Shown here piece after piece: positions 29,578-39,475 of a stretch of DNA of 64,000 nucleotides. The notes under the pieces were generated by a model. That model was not told the DNA's origin. It did not search any database and saw nothing but the letters and a program-made list of their open reading frames with translations. The position numbers were made by a program, and so were the translations under genes. Where the stretch lies: contig JAAYQW010000050.1 of assembly GCA_012519115.1 (NCBI GenBank), positions 2,459 to 66,458 of the forward strand. The letters are read 5' to 3'. Each line of letters begins with the position of its first letter. Positions within the stretch are counted from its first letter, which is position 1. Source of the stretch: Spirochaetales bacterium. Its GTDB lineage: Bacteria; Spirochaetota; Spirochaetia; Sphaerochaetales; Sphaerochaetaceae.

Positions 29578-30576
29578 ATGGTCTATGGAATTGGCAATCC
29601 CCTCATCGATATCATCATCAACGCGAGCGACGAAGATATCGCCCGACTCGGGATTCACAAAGGTACGATGGCTCTGATCGACGAAGAGCGCCGGGAAGAG
29701 CTGTTGCAAATGGTCGGGGACCGGGATGTCTCCTATTCCTGCGGCGGATCGTGTCCGAACACGATCATCGCCCTCGCTTCCCTTGGAATAGAAACAACGC
29801 TAGCCGGAAAACTGGGCAACGATCCGTATGCCGAAATCTATCGTCAGCGCCTTGCGTCCTTGGGGGTTCGGGATGAACTCGTTTGTACCGACAAGCAGAA
29901 AACCGGTTCCACGATCATTCTCATCAGTGATGACAGCGAACGGAGCATGAATACGTTCCTGGGAGCGAATCGCCTGTATGAAGCGGATGATGTATGCGAA
30001 GAATCCATAAGAAACGCCGACATCTTCCACTTCACCGGCTATATGTGGGATACGGCATCCCAGCGAAGAGCGATCGAGCGGGCTCTTTCGATCGCCAAGG
30101 AGAACGATACGGTCGTCTCCTTCGATGTGGCGGATCCTTTCGCCGTCGGACGCTACCACAAGACATTCCTTGAATTGATAAAGGAATCATGCGACATCGT
30201 CTTCGCGAATCGGGAGGAAGCCCGAATCCTCTTTGACAACTACGACCCGTATGAATGCTGCCGCTCGATGGGAAAGCTCTGCAGAATCGCCATCGTGAAA
30301 GATGGAAACAAGGGTTCTTTCATCGCTCACGATGGAACGATCATCAAAATCCCGCCCAAAGGAACCCCCAATCCGGTCGATACCACCGGAGCGGGTGACG
30401 TCTACGCGGCGGGTTTCCTCTACGCTCAGACGAAGAGGATGGATATCGAGGCCTCGGGAATCATCGCATCCATTCTTGCCGGCGAGATCGTCACCCAGCG
30501 GGGGGCTCAATTCAGTGAAGAAAAAACGAAAGAGCTCCGAATCCTTCTTGAAGGCGGAGGATGGCGATACCGCTAG
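29578..30576 (+). CDS. PfkB family carbohydrate/adenosine kinase
   Basis: GIGNPLIDI, GGSCPNT, ERSMNTFLGA, FANREEA and VDTTGAGDVYAAGF. Confidence 0.9.
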   Translation: MVYGIGNPLIDIIINASDEDIARLGIHKGTMALIDEERREELLQMVGDRDVSYSCGGSCPNTIIALASLGIETTLAGKLGNDPYAEIYRQRLASLGVRDELVCTDKQKTGSTIILISDDSERSMNTFLGANRLYEADDVCEESIRNADIFHFTGYMWDTASQRRAIERALSIAKENDTVVSFDVADPFAVGRYHKTFLELIKESCDIVFANREEARILFDNYDPYECCRSMGKLCRIAIVKDGNKGSFIAHDGTIIKIPPKGTPNPVDTTGAGDVYAAGFLYAQTKRMDIEASGIIASILAGEIVTQRGAQFSEEKTKELRILLEGGGWRYR

Positions 30577-30617
30577 GGTCCTTGCTCAAACATGTTGATC
30601 GTGGTAGTATCTGTCCA

Positions 30618-30680
30618 TGACGTCGATTTGATGGCCTCCCGGCTTGCTGGCGTCAATAAACAACGATGCTAAAAGGGGAG
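30618..30680 (+). ncRNA. SAM-II-type riboswitch aptamer upstream of metK
   Basis: P1 TGACGTC/GGCGTCA, GATTTG...CCGGCTTGC loop, A-rich linker, then GCTAAAAGGGG that can close a pseudoknot; matches the SAM-II pattern as I recall it. Confidence 0.8.
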
Positions 30681-30705
30681 CGCAGCAGATTTTGCTATGA
30701 GTTCC

Positions 30706-30730
30706 CCCTTCCGCATGCAGGAAGGGTTTT
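30706..30730 (+). terminator. Riboswitch expression-platform hairpin (terminator or RBS sequestration)
   Basis: CCCTTCC-GCATGCA-GGAAGGG followed by TTTTATGTTTTT, overlapping the metK RBS and start. Confidence 0.7.
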
Positions 30731-31852
30731 ATGTTTTTGAGAAACCAGGTTCTTACTTCGGAGTCGGTCAGTGAAGGACACCCCGACAAAGTGTGCGACC
30801 TCATCAGCGATGCGATCTTGGATGCATGCCTGGAAGGCGATCCGAACAGCCGGGTCGCCTGCGAGGTCTTCGCCACCACGAATACGGTAATCGTCGGAGG
30901 GGAGATCACCACGAATGCCACCATCGATATCGATTCGATTGTTCGCGATACGGTAAGACAGATCGGCTACACGATCGAGGGAATCGGCTTTGATGCATCC
31001 ACTCTCACCGTCACCAATCTGATCGATCGGCAATCGCCGGATATCGCCTTGGGTGTCGATCGGGACGGAGCGGGCGACCAGGGAATGATGTTCGGCTATG
31101 CAACCAAAGAAACCCCCTCGCTGATGCCCGCCCCGGTCTACTGGGCACACGAGCTGTTGAAACAAGCGGCTCTCGTCCGTCGAAAGACGAGCTTTCTCCG
31201 CCCTGACGCAAAAGGCCAGATCTCCCTCGCCTACCGAAACGGAAGACCCCACCACATCGATGCGGTGGTGCTCAGCCACCAGCACAGCGAAGAGATCGAC
31301 CACGAGGATCTTGTAACCTTCCTCAAAGAGAAGATCATCATCCCGACCTTGGAGCCCAGCGGCCTCTTCAATCGGAACACCAACCTATATATCAACCCCA
31401 CCGGTCGCTTCGTGATCGGAGGACCGGCCGGTGATACCGGCCTCACCGGTCGCAAGATCATCGTCGATACGTACGGCGGAATCGGACATCACGGCGGCGG
31501 TGCGTTCAGCGGCAAGGATCCTTCCAAGGTGGATCGCAGCGGCGCGTATCTGGCCCGATGGATCGCGATCAACCTAGTCCGGAGCGGCCTCTGTGCGAAG
31601 TGCGAAATCCAGCTCTCCTATGCGATCGGGGTCACAGAGCCGATCTCGATCGCCGTCGAGACGTTCGGTACGGGAGTGATGAACGAAAAGGAGCTGATCG
31701 CCATCATCCGGAACAACTTCGACCTCACCCCCAGAGGAATGATCGAAGCGCTCGATTTAAGGACTCCGATCTATACCCGGACGACCAACTACGGACACTT
31801 CGGGAAACAAGATCTGCCTTGGGAGCAAAAACGAATCTTGACGTCATGCTAG
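30731..31852 (+). CDS. metK: S-adenosylmethionine synthetase
   Basis: [21 protein letters not shown] and [16 protein letters not shown]. Confidence 0.98.
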   Translation: MFLRNQVLTSESVSEGHPDKVCDLISDAILDACLEGDPNSRVACEVFATTNTVIVGGEITTNATIDIDSIVRDTVRQIGYTIEGIGFDASTLTVTNLIDRQSPDIALGVDRDGAGDQGMMFGYATKETPSLMPAPVYWAHELLKQAALVRRKTSFLRPDAKGQISLAYRNGRPHHIDAVVLSHQHSEEIDHEDLVTFLKEKIIIPTLEPSGLFNRNTNLYINPTGRFVIGGPAGDTGLTGRKIIVDTYGGIGHHGGGAFSGKDPSKVDRSGAYLARWIAINLVRSGLCAKCEIQLSYAIGVTEPISIAVETFGTGVMNEKELIAIIRNNFDLTPRGMIEALDLRTPIYTRTTNYGHFGKQDLPWEQKRILTSC

Positions 31853-32527
31853 ACACAAAGCCGGATGAAGGGGCAACAGCTCCTGTAGCTCATCTTTGTG
31901 AAGATACGCTTGGAACACCCGGTCCCGATCGGCTTCTTTGAAGGTTTTCGGAATCCGATACTCGTTGAGAACCCATCGGGGGACATTTCCTATGATGGGA
32001 ACGAGGCGTTCAATATCTTCCCTCTTCAGCGTTGGAGCCATCGTTGTCCGGATCTCGAAGGAAAACCTCTTCTCTTTTTTTTCATATCGCTTCAACACGT
32101 TCAGCGATTCGGATACCGGCAAGAAGGATCCGCCGGCAATCTGTGGATAGCGTTCCGGCGGCGCCTTGATGTCCAAGGCCACATAATCGAGGAGATCCGC
32201 TTCCAAGAGGGTTTTGAGGATCTCAGGCCTTGAGCCGTTGGTGTCCAGCTTCGTTAGGTACCCCAACCGTTTTCCGATTGAAAGAAGGGATCCCAGTTCT
32301 TTGTGAAGCGTAGGCTCCCCTCCGCTGATCACCAACCCGTCAAGAAGACCTTTTCGCTCGGCAAGAAACGATTCGACCTCTCCCAAGGGGAGAACCTCGT
32401 CTCCCGGCTGCAACAGGAAGCGATTGTGGCAGTAGAAGCAATCATAGTTGCATCCTCCGAGAAAGAGAACGCAACTGAGCACATCGGGATAATCGAGAAA
32501 GGAAACGCTCTCGATGCCCCGGATCAT
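31844..32527 (-). CDS. nrdG: Anaerobic ribonucleotide reductase activase (radical SAM)
   Basis: [24 protein letters not shown] and KLDTNGS; directly downstream of nrdD. Confidence 0.92.
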   Translation of the reverse strand: MIRGIESVSFLDYPDVLSCVLFLGGCNYDCFYCHNRFLLQPGDEVLPLGEVESFLAERKGLLDGLVISGGEPTLHKELGSLLSIGKRLGYLTKLDTNGSRPEILKTLLEADLLDYVALDIKAPPERYPQIAGGSFLPVSESLNVLKRYEKKEKRFSFEIRTTMAPTLKREDIERLVPIIGNVPRWVLNEYRIPKTFKEADRDRVFQAYLHKDELQELLPLHPALCLA

Positions 32528-34593
32528 ACCGCTTCCGCTTTGAAGAAGGAGCGCTCGGAGTGTTCTTCCTGCTTTCCCGGATGGAAGTCAGCCACCGGCC
32601 TGAGATACCCGACCACCCGAGTCCACACCTCGGTCGTTTTTCCGCAGTGGGGGCATGTCTTCTGTTCTCCGACAAGATACCCATGATCGGTGCATGTGGA
32701 GAAGGTCGGAGTCAGGGAGAGATAGGGAAGCCTGTAACGGGAAAACACCCGTTGGACCAGAAGCTTCGCCAGCTGAGCGTTCCGAATCCTCTGGTCGAGG
32801 TAGAGGTGGAGGACCGTTCCTCCGGTGTACTGACACTGCAGCTCATCCTGCTTCTCCAGCACATCGAAGATGTCTCTGGTGGATGAGACGGGCAGCTGGC
32901 TGGAGTTGGTGTAATAATGCTCCTTCTTTCCGGCAGTGACGATCTCGGGATACGCCTTCTTATCGAGGTTCGCCAGCCGGTAGCTTGCCCCTTCGGCGGG
33001 CGTTGCTTCCAGGTTGTACAACACTCCGCCGCTCGTTTCCTGGAAGCTTTGAATGATTTCCCGAAGATAGGCAAGGGTTCTGAGTCCGAACGCCTGCCCT
33101 GCTTCCTCAAGCAGACTGCCTCCCAGAAGGTTGATGCACGCCTCCTCCATCCCAAGCACTCCGATTGTCGAGAAGTGGTTCGCCCAGTAGGTTCCCTGGC
33201 TCTCTTTCACGCCGGAGAGATACACTTTGCTGAACGGATACATTCCCCGATTCGTTTCGCCTTCGATGATTTTGCGCTTGATTTCAAGACTCTCTTTAGC
33301 CAACAAAGCCGCGGATGCCAATTTTTCTCTGAACTCCTCTTCATCGGCGCTTTCGTAGGCGAGCCGGCTGAGATTGATCGTCACCACTCCGATCGAACCG
33401 GTCAGGGGGTTTGAGCCGAAGAGTCCGCCGCCGCGCTTGCGCAGTTCGCTGGTATCAAGGCGAAGCCTGCAGCACATCGAAAGAGCGTCTTCCGGATTGA
33501 GATCGCTGTTCACATAATTGGAGAAGTAGGGAATTCCATATTTGGCGGTCATCGAAAAGATCGCATCGACGACCTCGCTTTCCCACGGAAACTCCTTGGT
33601 TACGTTGTAGGTGGGAATCGGAAAAGTGAACACCCTTGAAGAAGCATCCCCTTCTTCCATCACCTCGCAAAACGCCTTGTTGATGATATCCATCTCCTCC
33701 TGATAATCACCGTAACAGGAATCTTGGGGGACCCCTCCGATGATCACCGGCTGCTCGCTGAGGGTCTTCGGAGGGGTGATATCGAACGTCAGGTTGGAAA
33801 ACGGACATTGAAACCCGACGCGCGTCGGAACGTTGAGGTTGAAGACGAACTCCTGTATCGCCTGCTTTACCTCTCTGTGCCCCAACTTGTCCGAGCGGAC
33901 GAAGGGAGCGCAATACGTGTCGAAGGAGGACCATGCCTGAGCTCCGGCACATTCACCTTGGAGCGTAAACGTCGCATTGACGATCTGTCCCAGAAAGGAG
34001 CGCAGATGCTTCGCCGGTTTTGAAGAGACTTTTCCTTCCACGCCTCCGAAGCCGACCTCCAGGAGCTGGCGAAGATCCCACCCGCAGCAGTATGGCCCGA
34101 AGAACCCCAGATCATGAAGGTGAAGAGTTCCTTCCAGGTGGGCCTCTCTGATGGTTTTAGGATAGATATCGTTGAGCCAATAGCTTTCCGTCAGTCGCTC
34201 GCGGATATAGTTGTTCATCCCGTTGACGCTTTTGCGGGCATTGGCGTTTTCCTTGATCTGCCAGGTCCTGTCTTCAAGGTAGGAATCGAAGAGGTTCTGG
34301 GTCGCCTTGATGAGGGCTTTGCCTTCGCGAATCCGCTGTCGTTCTTTCCGGTAGAGGATATACGCTTTCGCAGTCTTGGGGTAGTTCGCTTCGATGAGCG
34401 CCTCTTCGACGAGGTCTTGAATCTCTTCGACTTCAACGGTGGTTCGGTCGGAGATCTGCTCCAACACCCGATTGGCAAGAGCGACCGAATCGATCGGCTC
34501 GCCGGCGGCGTGCGCCGCTTTCGAGAGGGCGGCGGTGATTTTCTGTGCCTCGCAGAAAACTTCCCGTCCATCACGTTTGATAATGGTAACCAT
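32524..34593 (-). CDS. nrdD: Class III ribonucleoside-triphosphate reductase with an ATP cone
   Basis: IIKRDG ATP cone, HLHDL, SMCCRL finger loop, CTDHG...CPHCG zinc site and TRVVGYLRPV glycyl-radical motif. Confidence 0.96.
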   Translation of the reverse strand: MVTIIKRDGREVFCEAQKITAALSKAAHAAGEPIDSVALANRVLEQISDRTTVEVEEIQDLVEEALIEANYPKTAKAYILYRKERQRIREGKALIKATQNLFDSYLEDRTWQIKENANARKSVNGMNNYIRERLTESYWLNDIYPKTIREAHLEGTLHLHDLGFFGPYCCGWDLRQLLEVGFGGVEGKVSSKPAKHLRSFLGQIVNATFTLQGECAGAQAWSSFDTYCAPFVRSDKLGHREVKQAIQEFVFNLNVPTRVGFQCPFSNLTFDITPPKTLSEQPVIIGGVPQDSCYGDYQEEMDIINKAFCEVMEEGDASSRVFTFPIPTYNVTKEFPWESEVVDAIFSMTAKYGIPYFSNYVNSDLNPEDALSMCCRLRLDTSELRKRGGGLFGSNPLTGSIGVVTINLSRLAYESADEEEFREKLASAALLAKESLEIKRKIIEGETNRGMYPFSKVYLSGVKESQGTYWANHFSTIGVLGMEEACINLLGGSLLEEAGQAFGLRTLAYLREIIQSFQETSGGVLYNLEATPAEGASYRLANLDKKAYPEIVTAGKKEHYYTNSSQLPVSSTRDIFDVLEKQDELQCQYTGGTVLHLYLDQRIRNAQLAKLLVQRVFSRYRLPYLSLTPTFSTCTDHGYLVGEQKTCPHCGKTTEVWTRVVGYLRPVADFHPGKQEEHSERSFFKAEAV

Positions 34594-34675
34594 GATTTCT
34601 CCTAGCCTGAAGCGGCAAGAAGAATAAAAGCCTATCGGCTCTCACGCTCCTGCCATGCTCCGTGGCGGCGTGACC

Positions 34676-34810
34676 ATATAGGCAAGGTCTTCTGGCTTAG
34701 GATCATCGCTTTTGGAACCTTCCCGGATCGCTCCAGTGGTCATCTCCAAACGCTCCCCATCACAGCGGCGGGACCGCGTGGGCGTTACACCCAACTTCCC
34801 TTTTCCTATA
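34676..34810 (-). ncRNA. Cobalamin riboswitch upstream of nrdD
   Basis: Minus strand reads AAAAGGGAAGTTGGGTGTAACGCCCACGCGGTCCCGCCGCTGTG...CCACTGG...CCGGGAAGG...AAGCCAGAAGACCTTGCC (B12 box). Confidence 0.88.
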
Positions 34811-34811
34811 C

Positions 34812-34858
34812 ACTCAACATATAGTGTCTTATATCATACGATACACCACTCATAGTAG
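34812..34858. promoter_or_regulatory. Tandem NrdR boxes overlapping the nrdD promoter
   Basis: Box 1 at 34812-34827 (minus ACACTATATGTTGAGT) and a weaker box 2 at 34843-34858, 31 bp apart; TTGACA-N17-TACTAT promoter on the minus strand with its -10 inside box 2. Confidence 0.75.
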
Positions 34859-34900
34859 TTTTACCCACCATACTTGTCAAGCTTTTCTTTAATCACAATC

Positions 34901-34928
34901 AAAAAACCACTTGCATTTCCGCAGGTGG
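34901..34928 (-). terminator. Intrinsic terminator after jag
   Basis: Minus strand CCACCTGC-GGAAAT-GCAAGTGG followed by TTTTTT. Confidence 0.7.
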
Positions 34929-34936
34929 CACAGAAG

Positions 34937-35608
34937 TCAGTTCGTCGCGATGACTCGCACTTGTTTGTAGAGTCCGTCACCCTCGCTCTTGGTCTCCACT
35001 CCGCCGAAGTCGTTCAAGGCGGTATGTACCAAGCGCCGTTCATAGGGATTCATCGGTTCAAGCAAGCGGCTTTGGCCGCTCTTTACAACATGCTCGGCAG
35101 TGCGATACGCAAGGCGAATCAGCTGCTCCTCGTGGCGGATCCGGTAGTTTTCACTATCGACGATCACTCGGACATTCGAGTTTTGCTGTCCGACGAAGAC
35201 GTTCGTAAGCAATTGAAGGGCATCAAGGTTCTTGCCTTTTCGACCTATGATGATGTTGGAGTTCTCGCTGTCGATCCTCAAGCCGATCTTCCGCTCTTTC
35301 CTGAAGGCGATCGAGACATTGCCGGCATAGCCCATCTTCTCAAGAACCGTCGCCACAAACGTGAGAACTTTATCCTCGAGTTCGCCGTCAAACGGCTCGT
35401 CGAGATCCTCTCCCTCATCATAATAGGACTCTTCCTCGTCCATTCCATCGTCAAAGTGAATTCTGATTTTCACGCTGTTTTTTTTGAACAGCCCTTTGCG
35501 AGCCGGTTCGATGATTTCGACATCGAAATCCTCCCGCTCGATGTTCAGTTCTTCGATTGCTTTCGCGATCGCTTCCTGTTCTGTTCGTCCTTCGAACTCT
35601 CGTATCAT
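34937..35608 (-). CDS. jag: RNA-binding protein Jag/EloR/KhpB
   Basis: Jag_N (EFEGRTEQEAIAKA), KH (IIGRKGKNLDALQ) and R3H (MNPYERRLVH). Confidence 0.94.
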   Translation of the reverse strand: MIREFEGRTEQEAIAKAIEELNIEREDFDVEIIEPARKGLFKKNSVKIRIHFDDGMDEEESYYDEGEDLDEPFDGELEDKVLTFVATVLEKMGYAGNVSIAFRKERKIGLRIDSENSNIIIGRKGKNLDALQLLTNVFVGQQNSNVRVIVDSENYRIRHEEQLIRLAYRTAEHVVKSGQSRLLEPMNPYERRLVHTALNDFGGVETKSEGDGLYKQVRVIATN

Positions 35609-35636
35609 GGTATCGTACCTCTTCGGTGTTAATCTT

Positions 35637-37418
35637 CTATCGTTTCTTGCCTTTCGTCTTGGACTGGAATTGGATGACCTTCTCTTCCGCGTCTTCCTTT
35701 TGTCTCTTCTTGTTGGTGTAGATCTGCTGAACGACAGAAATGATGTTCATCACCGACCAGTAGAGAATCAAGCCGGAGGGCGCATTGTAGAGAACGAAGA
35801 AGAACATGATCGGCATTCCGTACGTCATCATCTTCATCATTCCTTGGCTGCCGGCGGCACTGCCGGAAGAGCTTTGAGTGATCTTCATAGAGAAGATCAT
35901 GCTCACGGTGTAGAAGATTGGCAGCAAGTGGATCTCATTTCCGAGGAACGGCAGATTGAACGGCAAGGTAGCCACCGTCTCCGGAACTGAAAGGTCCGGA
36001 ATCCATCCGGGGATGAACATCGCTCCCCGAAGCTCAAAGTGTTTGTTGAGCAATCCGTAGAACGCGATAAGGATCGGGAACTGGAGAAGCATCGGCAGAC
36101 AGCCGCCCATCGGGTTGATCTTCTCCCGCCTGTAGAGCTCAGCCATCTCCTCGTTCTGCTTGGTGGGATTATCCGGATAGCGCGCCTTGATCTCCTCCAT
36201 CTGAGGTCCAAGGGCGCTCATCTTGGCGGTGGACTCCATCCCCTTCTTGGTGAATGGGTGGAGAATCAGCTTCAAGAGGAAGGTCAGGATGATGATTCCG
36301 ACTCCGTAGTTGGGAATCACCTTGTACAAAAGGTTGAGAATCGTCTTCAGGATCGTCTCAAGCCAACCCAGCCATGAGGATGAATCGAGGGTCTCCTCCA
36401 GGAACAGGTTGGAAAGCCCGAAGCTGTTGCTCGTCCGATCATTATACGGAATCATGTCCGCCTTCAGCTGGGGGCCGATGTAAAAGCGGTACGTATCCGT
36501 CTGATCGGCGCTGCGAATCGTCGGCCGACTGAAGAATACGTTCGACTCGAGAGGAATACCGGTGCTCGTATCTTCGCTCAACGTGACCGTATAGTTCGTT
36601 GCATCGGGAATCGCGATCATCGAGAAATACTTGCCGGTCAAAGCAACCCAGGAAATGGGTTTTTCAGTGGTATAGAGCCCGTTCTTGACCGTGATCGTAG
36701 CTTTCTTCTTCGCTCCGTCCTCTTTGATGTAGAACCGGCGATAGGAGTAACGGTTGTCGATGCTGGTGAAGGAGGGCCCGATTTGCGGTTCGAAGCCGAT
36801 GGTATACGCCGTATTGTCGAAGGAAAGAGGAATCGCCTTGTTTTCACTGTTGACGAGGTTCACGTCGACCTGGAAGAGATACTCGCTGTCTCCGAAGGTG
36901 AACGTCTTCGTCAACGTGAACGGAACATCCTCGCCCTTGATCGCGAAGGTCTGGCTGAAAATCACCCGGTTCCCGACGATCTTGTAGTCGAACGGCGCGT
37001 CAATCGGTCGAGTACGATCGGATCCGGCATATAGGAGGAATGCGTTGTTGGCATCCGCATCACCGAAAAGCAGCTCCACCGGCTCGCCTTTATCCAGGTG
37101 CTTCTTCAATTTGAAGGATGAGATCGAAGCGCCTTTGGGATCGAAGGTGATCAGAAAGATATCCGTTTCATAGACGAACGGGGATGAAGCGGCGGGAGTT
37201 TCAAGAGCGATCAACGAACCCGGCAAATCCGTTCCCCAGGCCAGGTTGCTCGGAAGCTTGCTGTAGGTCTCCGGCTGAAGATAGATCTCTTCTACGTTGA
37301 TTGCCTCTTCGACAACCTCTTCTTGCACGCTCGGGGCAAAAAAAGTCGCTTGAATCGTCATCCCGATGGTGATGACAAGCACGCTGAGGATGATTGCTAA
37401 TATGGTGTTTCGGTCCAT
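35637..37418 (-). CDS. yidC: Membrane protein insertase YidC
   Basis: MDRNTILA N-terminal TM, large periplasmic domain, NYGVGIIILT, INPMGGCLP, WIPDLS and PSGLILYW. Confidence 0.95.
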   Translation of the reverse strand: MDRNTILAIILSVLVITIGMTIQATFFAPSVQEEVVEEAINVEEIYLQPETYSKLPSNLAWGTDLPGSLIALETPAASSPFVYETDIFLITFDPKGASISSFKLKKHLDKGEPVELLFGDADANNAFLLYAGSDRTRPIDAPFDYKIVGNRVIFSQTFAIKGEDVPFTLTKTFTFGDSEYLFQVDVNLVNSENKAIPLSFDNTAYTIGFEPQIGPSFTSIDNRYSYRRFYIKEDGAKKKATITVKNGLYTTEKPISWVALTGKYFSMIAIPDATNYTVTLSEDTSTGIPLESNVFFSRPTIRSADQTDTYRFYIGPQLKADMIPYNDRTSNSFGLSNLFLEETLDSSSWLGWLETILKTILNLLYKVIPNYGVGIIILTFLLKLILHPFTKKGMESTAKMSALGPQMEEIKARYPDNPTKQNEEMAELYRREKINPMGGCLPMLLQFPILIAFYGLLNKHFELRGAMFIPGWIPDLSVPETVATLPFNLPFLGNEIHLLPIFYTVSMIFSMKITQSSSGSAAGSQGMMKMMTYGMPIMFFFVLYNAPSGLILYWSVMNIISVVQQIYTNKKRQKEDAEEKVIQFQSKTKGKKR

Positions 37419-37474
37419 GACTACTCCTGCTATCGGAAGAAGGTGTGGTTCAGGAATAGGTAGACTCAAAGAAA

Positions 37475-37825
37475 TCAGGGAGTATACATCACTCCGGCTT
37501 GCTTACACAGAGTGAGCACTTGTTGCCTTTGAAGAGCATGGTCTACATTTCTTCCTGGGTATACGACAAATGCAAAATCGTAGCCCGGAAGAAATCGATC
37601 TTTTTCAGTACGCCAGATCTCTTTGATCTGTCGACGGATTCTGTTGCGCTCCACCGATGAGCCATAGCCTCGGACGGGAATAACCACGATCCGGCTGAAC
37701 GGAAGGCCGTTGGCTGTCACAATCAAGCTCATGCCCCGGCTTGAAACTTTCTTGCCGGTTTTAAAGATTCGATCTATTTCCGATCTACGTTTTACAATTT
37801 CACTCTTAGAAAGGCTTTTTCTCAT
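37475..37825 (-). CDS. rnpA: Ribonuclease P protein component
   Basis: [16 protein letters not shown] motif; start MRKSLSKSE at 37825 overlaps rpmH. Confidence 0.9.
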   Translation of the reverse strand: MRKSLSKSEIVKRRSEIDRIFKTGKKVSSRGMSLIVTANGLPFSRIVVIPVRGYGSSVERNRIRRQIKEIWRTEKDRFLPGYDFAFVVYPGRNVDHALQRQQVLTLCKQAGVMYTP

Positions 37826-37973
37826 CTGCAACAGAAAGCTTGTGACGGCCCTTTGCTCGGCGGCGGGCGAGGATGAGCCTTCCTCCCTTCGTGGCCATAC
37901 GAGCACGGAACCCGAACTTTCTGTTCCTTTTAACCCGGCTGGGCTGGTAGGTTCTCTTACCTTTGTAACTCAT
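37806..37973 (-). CDS. rpmH: 50S ribosomal protein L34 (missing from the ORF track)
   Basis: Manual translation: [55 protein letters not shown]. Confidence 0.96.
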   Translation of the reverse strand: MSYKGKRTYQPSRVKRNRKFGFRARMATKGGRLILARRRAKGRHKLSVADEKKPF

Positions 37974-38045
37974 GGGGATTCTCCAATTTACATCGCTTAA
38001 CGCGGATTATTCATATCAAGCGGGGGACACTCCCCCGAGTGGTGC

Positions 38046-38074
38046 AGTATATAGACAGTGCTGTTTTACGTCAA
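38046..38074 (-). promoter_or_regulatory. Sigma70-type promoter of rpmH
   Basis: TTGACG-N17-TATACT on the minus strand; the leader has a CGGGGG/CCCCCG hairpin at 38021-38037. Confidence 0.65.
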
Positions 38075-38394
38075 GCGCCAAGCACTTGAAGACTTGTGAT
38101 CCCAAGGCTCGGATATCGCTTTTGAATCGCCTGTATAATCCGTTTTTTTTGCAGCAGCACGAGGTTTGCCCATGAAGGATGATCCGCTCGAAGAACCAAG
38201 GTGCTGTGCCGGATATCCACCACCTTCACATGCAGATACAGATCGGGTCCGGCAATCTCCTCCCAGCTTGTGGCAAGACCATATCTCGGTTCGGCCAGAT
38301 CGATATTGAGCGTTTTGAGGACGGTGTCCAAGACATCTTTGCCGAGCAGGGGATGTTCGCTCTTGCTGAGGCGAGGTTTCTTTTCACTGGCCAA
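38071..38394 (-). CDS. dciA: DciA/DUF721 family protein
   Basis: WEEIAG...LVLRADHPSWANL...IIQAI; located after recF; start codon uncertain. Confidence 0.75.
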   Translation of the reverse strand: MASEKKPRLSKSEHPLLGKDVLDTVLKTLNIDLAEPRYGLATSWEEIAGPDLYLHVKVVDIRHSTLVLRADHPSWANLVLLQKKRIIQAIQKRYPSLGITSLQVLGA

Positions 38395-39475
38395 GAGTAA
38401 ATGCTCCTTCACTGACATGATACACTTTCCGATCGCACGTTTCAAAGGAGTTGATATACCGTTCTTCCGGCAGGAACGTGAAGAACGCCTGGCTGTAGCC
38501 GGAAAGAAGAGTCAGAAACCGTTCGCGCTTCGGAATATCCAGCTCCAAAAGAACGTCATCGACGAGAATGACCGTTTCTTTATCCGTTTTTTTCGTGAAG
38601 TACGCCATCTGAGCAACCCGGAGGGCCAATGATGCCAGGCGCAGCTGGCCTGTCGACCCTTTGTTGGCGAACGGGTAGCCTTCTTCCGAAATCATGAACT
38701 GGTCGCGATGGATCCCGCTCGTCGTCGTCTGAAGCTTGATATCCCTTCGGCGATGGAATTCGAGGTAGTGGATGACTTCCTCCTCGGTGGCGCACTCCTC
38801 CCAGGAGGGGCGATACTCGATATCCAAGAGGGTGTCGCTTTGGGAAACCTCCTGATAGATTTCCGGAAAGATTTGAAGAAACTCATAGACGGAATGAACC
38901 CGTTCCTGTTGAATCGCGATTCCATGGCGGGCAAGCTGCCGGTCGTAGATCGGCAGCAAGGAGTATTGTTCGTCCTTGATCGCCTGATTTCGCTGGCGCA
39001 GCACTTGGCGATATCGCCGATGATCATCGAAAAAGAGTGGATTGTACATACTCATCGTCTGGTCGAAAAATTTCCGTCGATATTCGGGTTCGCCTTTGAC
39101 AAAAAATATATCATCGTGACTGAAGACGATCGTCGGAATATTGTAGACCAGCTCTTTCCGGTCACGAATCACCGTTCCGTCCAAGGTGATGACTCGTTTA
39201 TTGTCCTTGAACGTGAGGGTGAGGGCATGGAGCAAGTCCCGTTCATCGCGGTATGTTCCCTCGATCCGAAAATCCTTGAATCCGTGCGTCGCCAGCTCTT
39301 TGATCTGGGTCGTTCGAAAAGAAGAGCCGTAACACAGCGTATACAACGCTTCGAGCAGATTCGTCTTGCCTTGACCGTTGGAACCGATAAGGAGAACCTT
39401 GGAAGCATCCACTTCCAAGGGTTCTTCCTTGAGGTTTCTGAATTGATTCGTTGTGATCGTACAAAAGCGCATCAA
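38384..39475 (-). CDS. recF: DNA replication/repair protein RecF
   Basis: QFRNL, GSNGQGKTNLLEA, SSFRT, GIHRD, GSTGQ and LVDDVLLELD. Confidence 0.95.
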   Translation of the reverse strand: MMRFCTITTNQFRNLKEEPLEVDASKVLLIGSNGQGKTNLLEALYTLCYGSSFRTTQIKELATHGFKDFRIEGTYRDERDLLHALTLTFKDNKRVITLDGTVIRDRKELVYNIPTIVFSHDDIFFVKGEPEYRRKFFDQTMSMYNPLFFDDHRRYRQVLRQRNQAIKDEQYSLLPIYDRQLARHGIAIQQERVHSVYEFLQIFPEIYQEVSQSDTLLDIEYRPSWEECATEEEVIHYLEFHRRRDIKLQTTTSGIHRDQFMISEEGYPFANKGSTGQLRLASLALRVAQMAYFTKKTDKETVILVDDVLLELDIPKRERFLTLLSGYSQAFFTFLPEERYINSFETCDRKVYHVSEGAFTLGQ

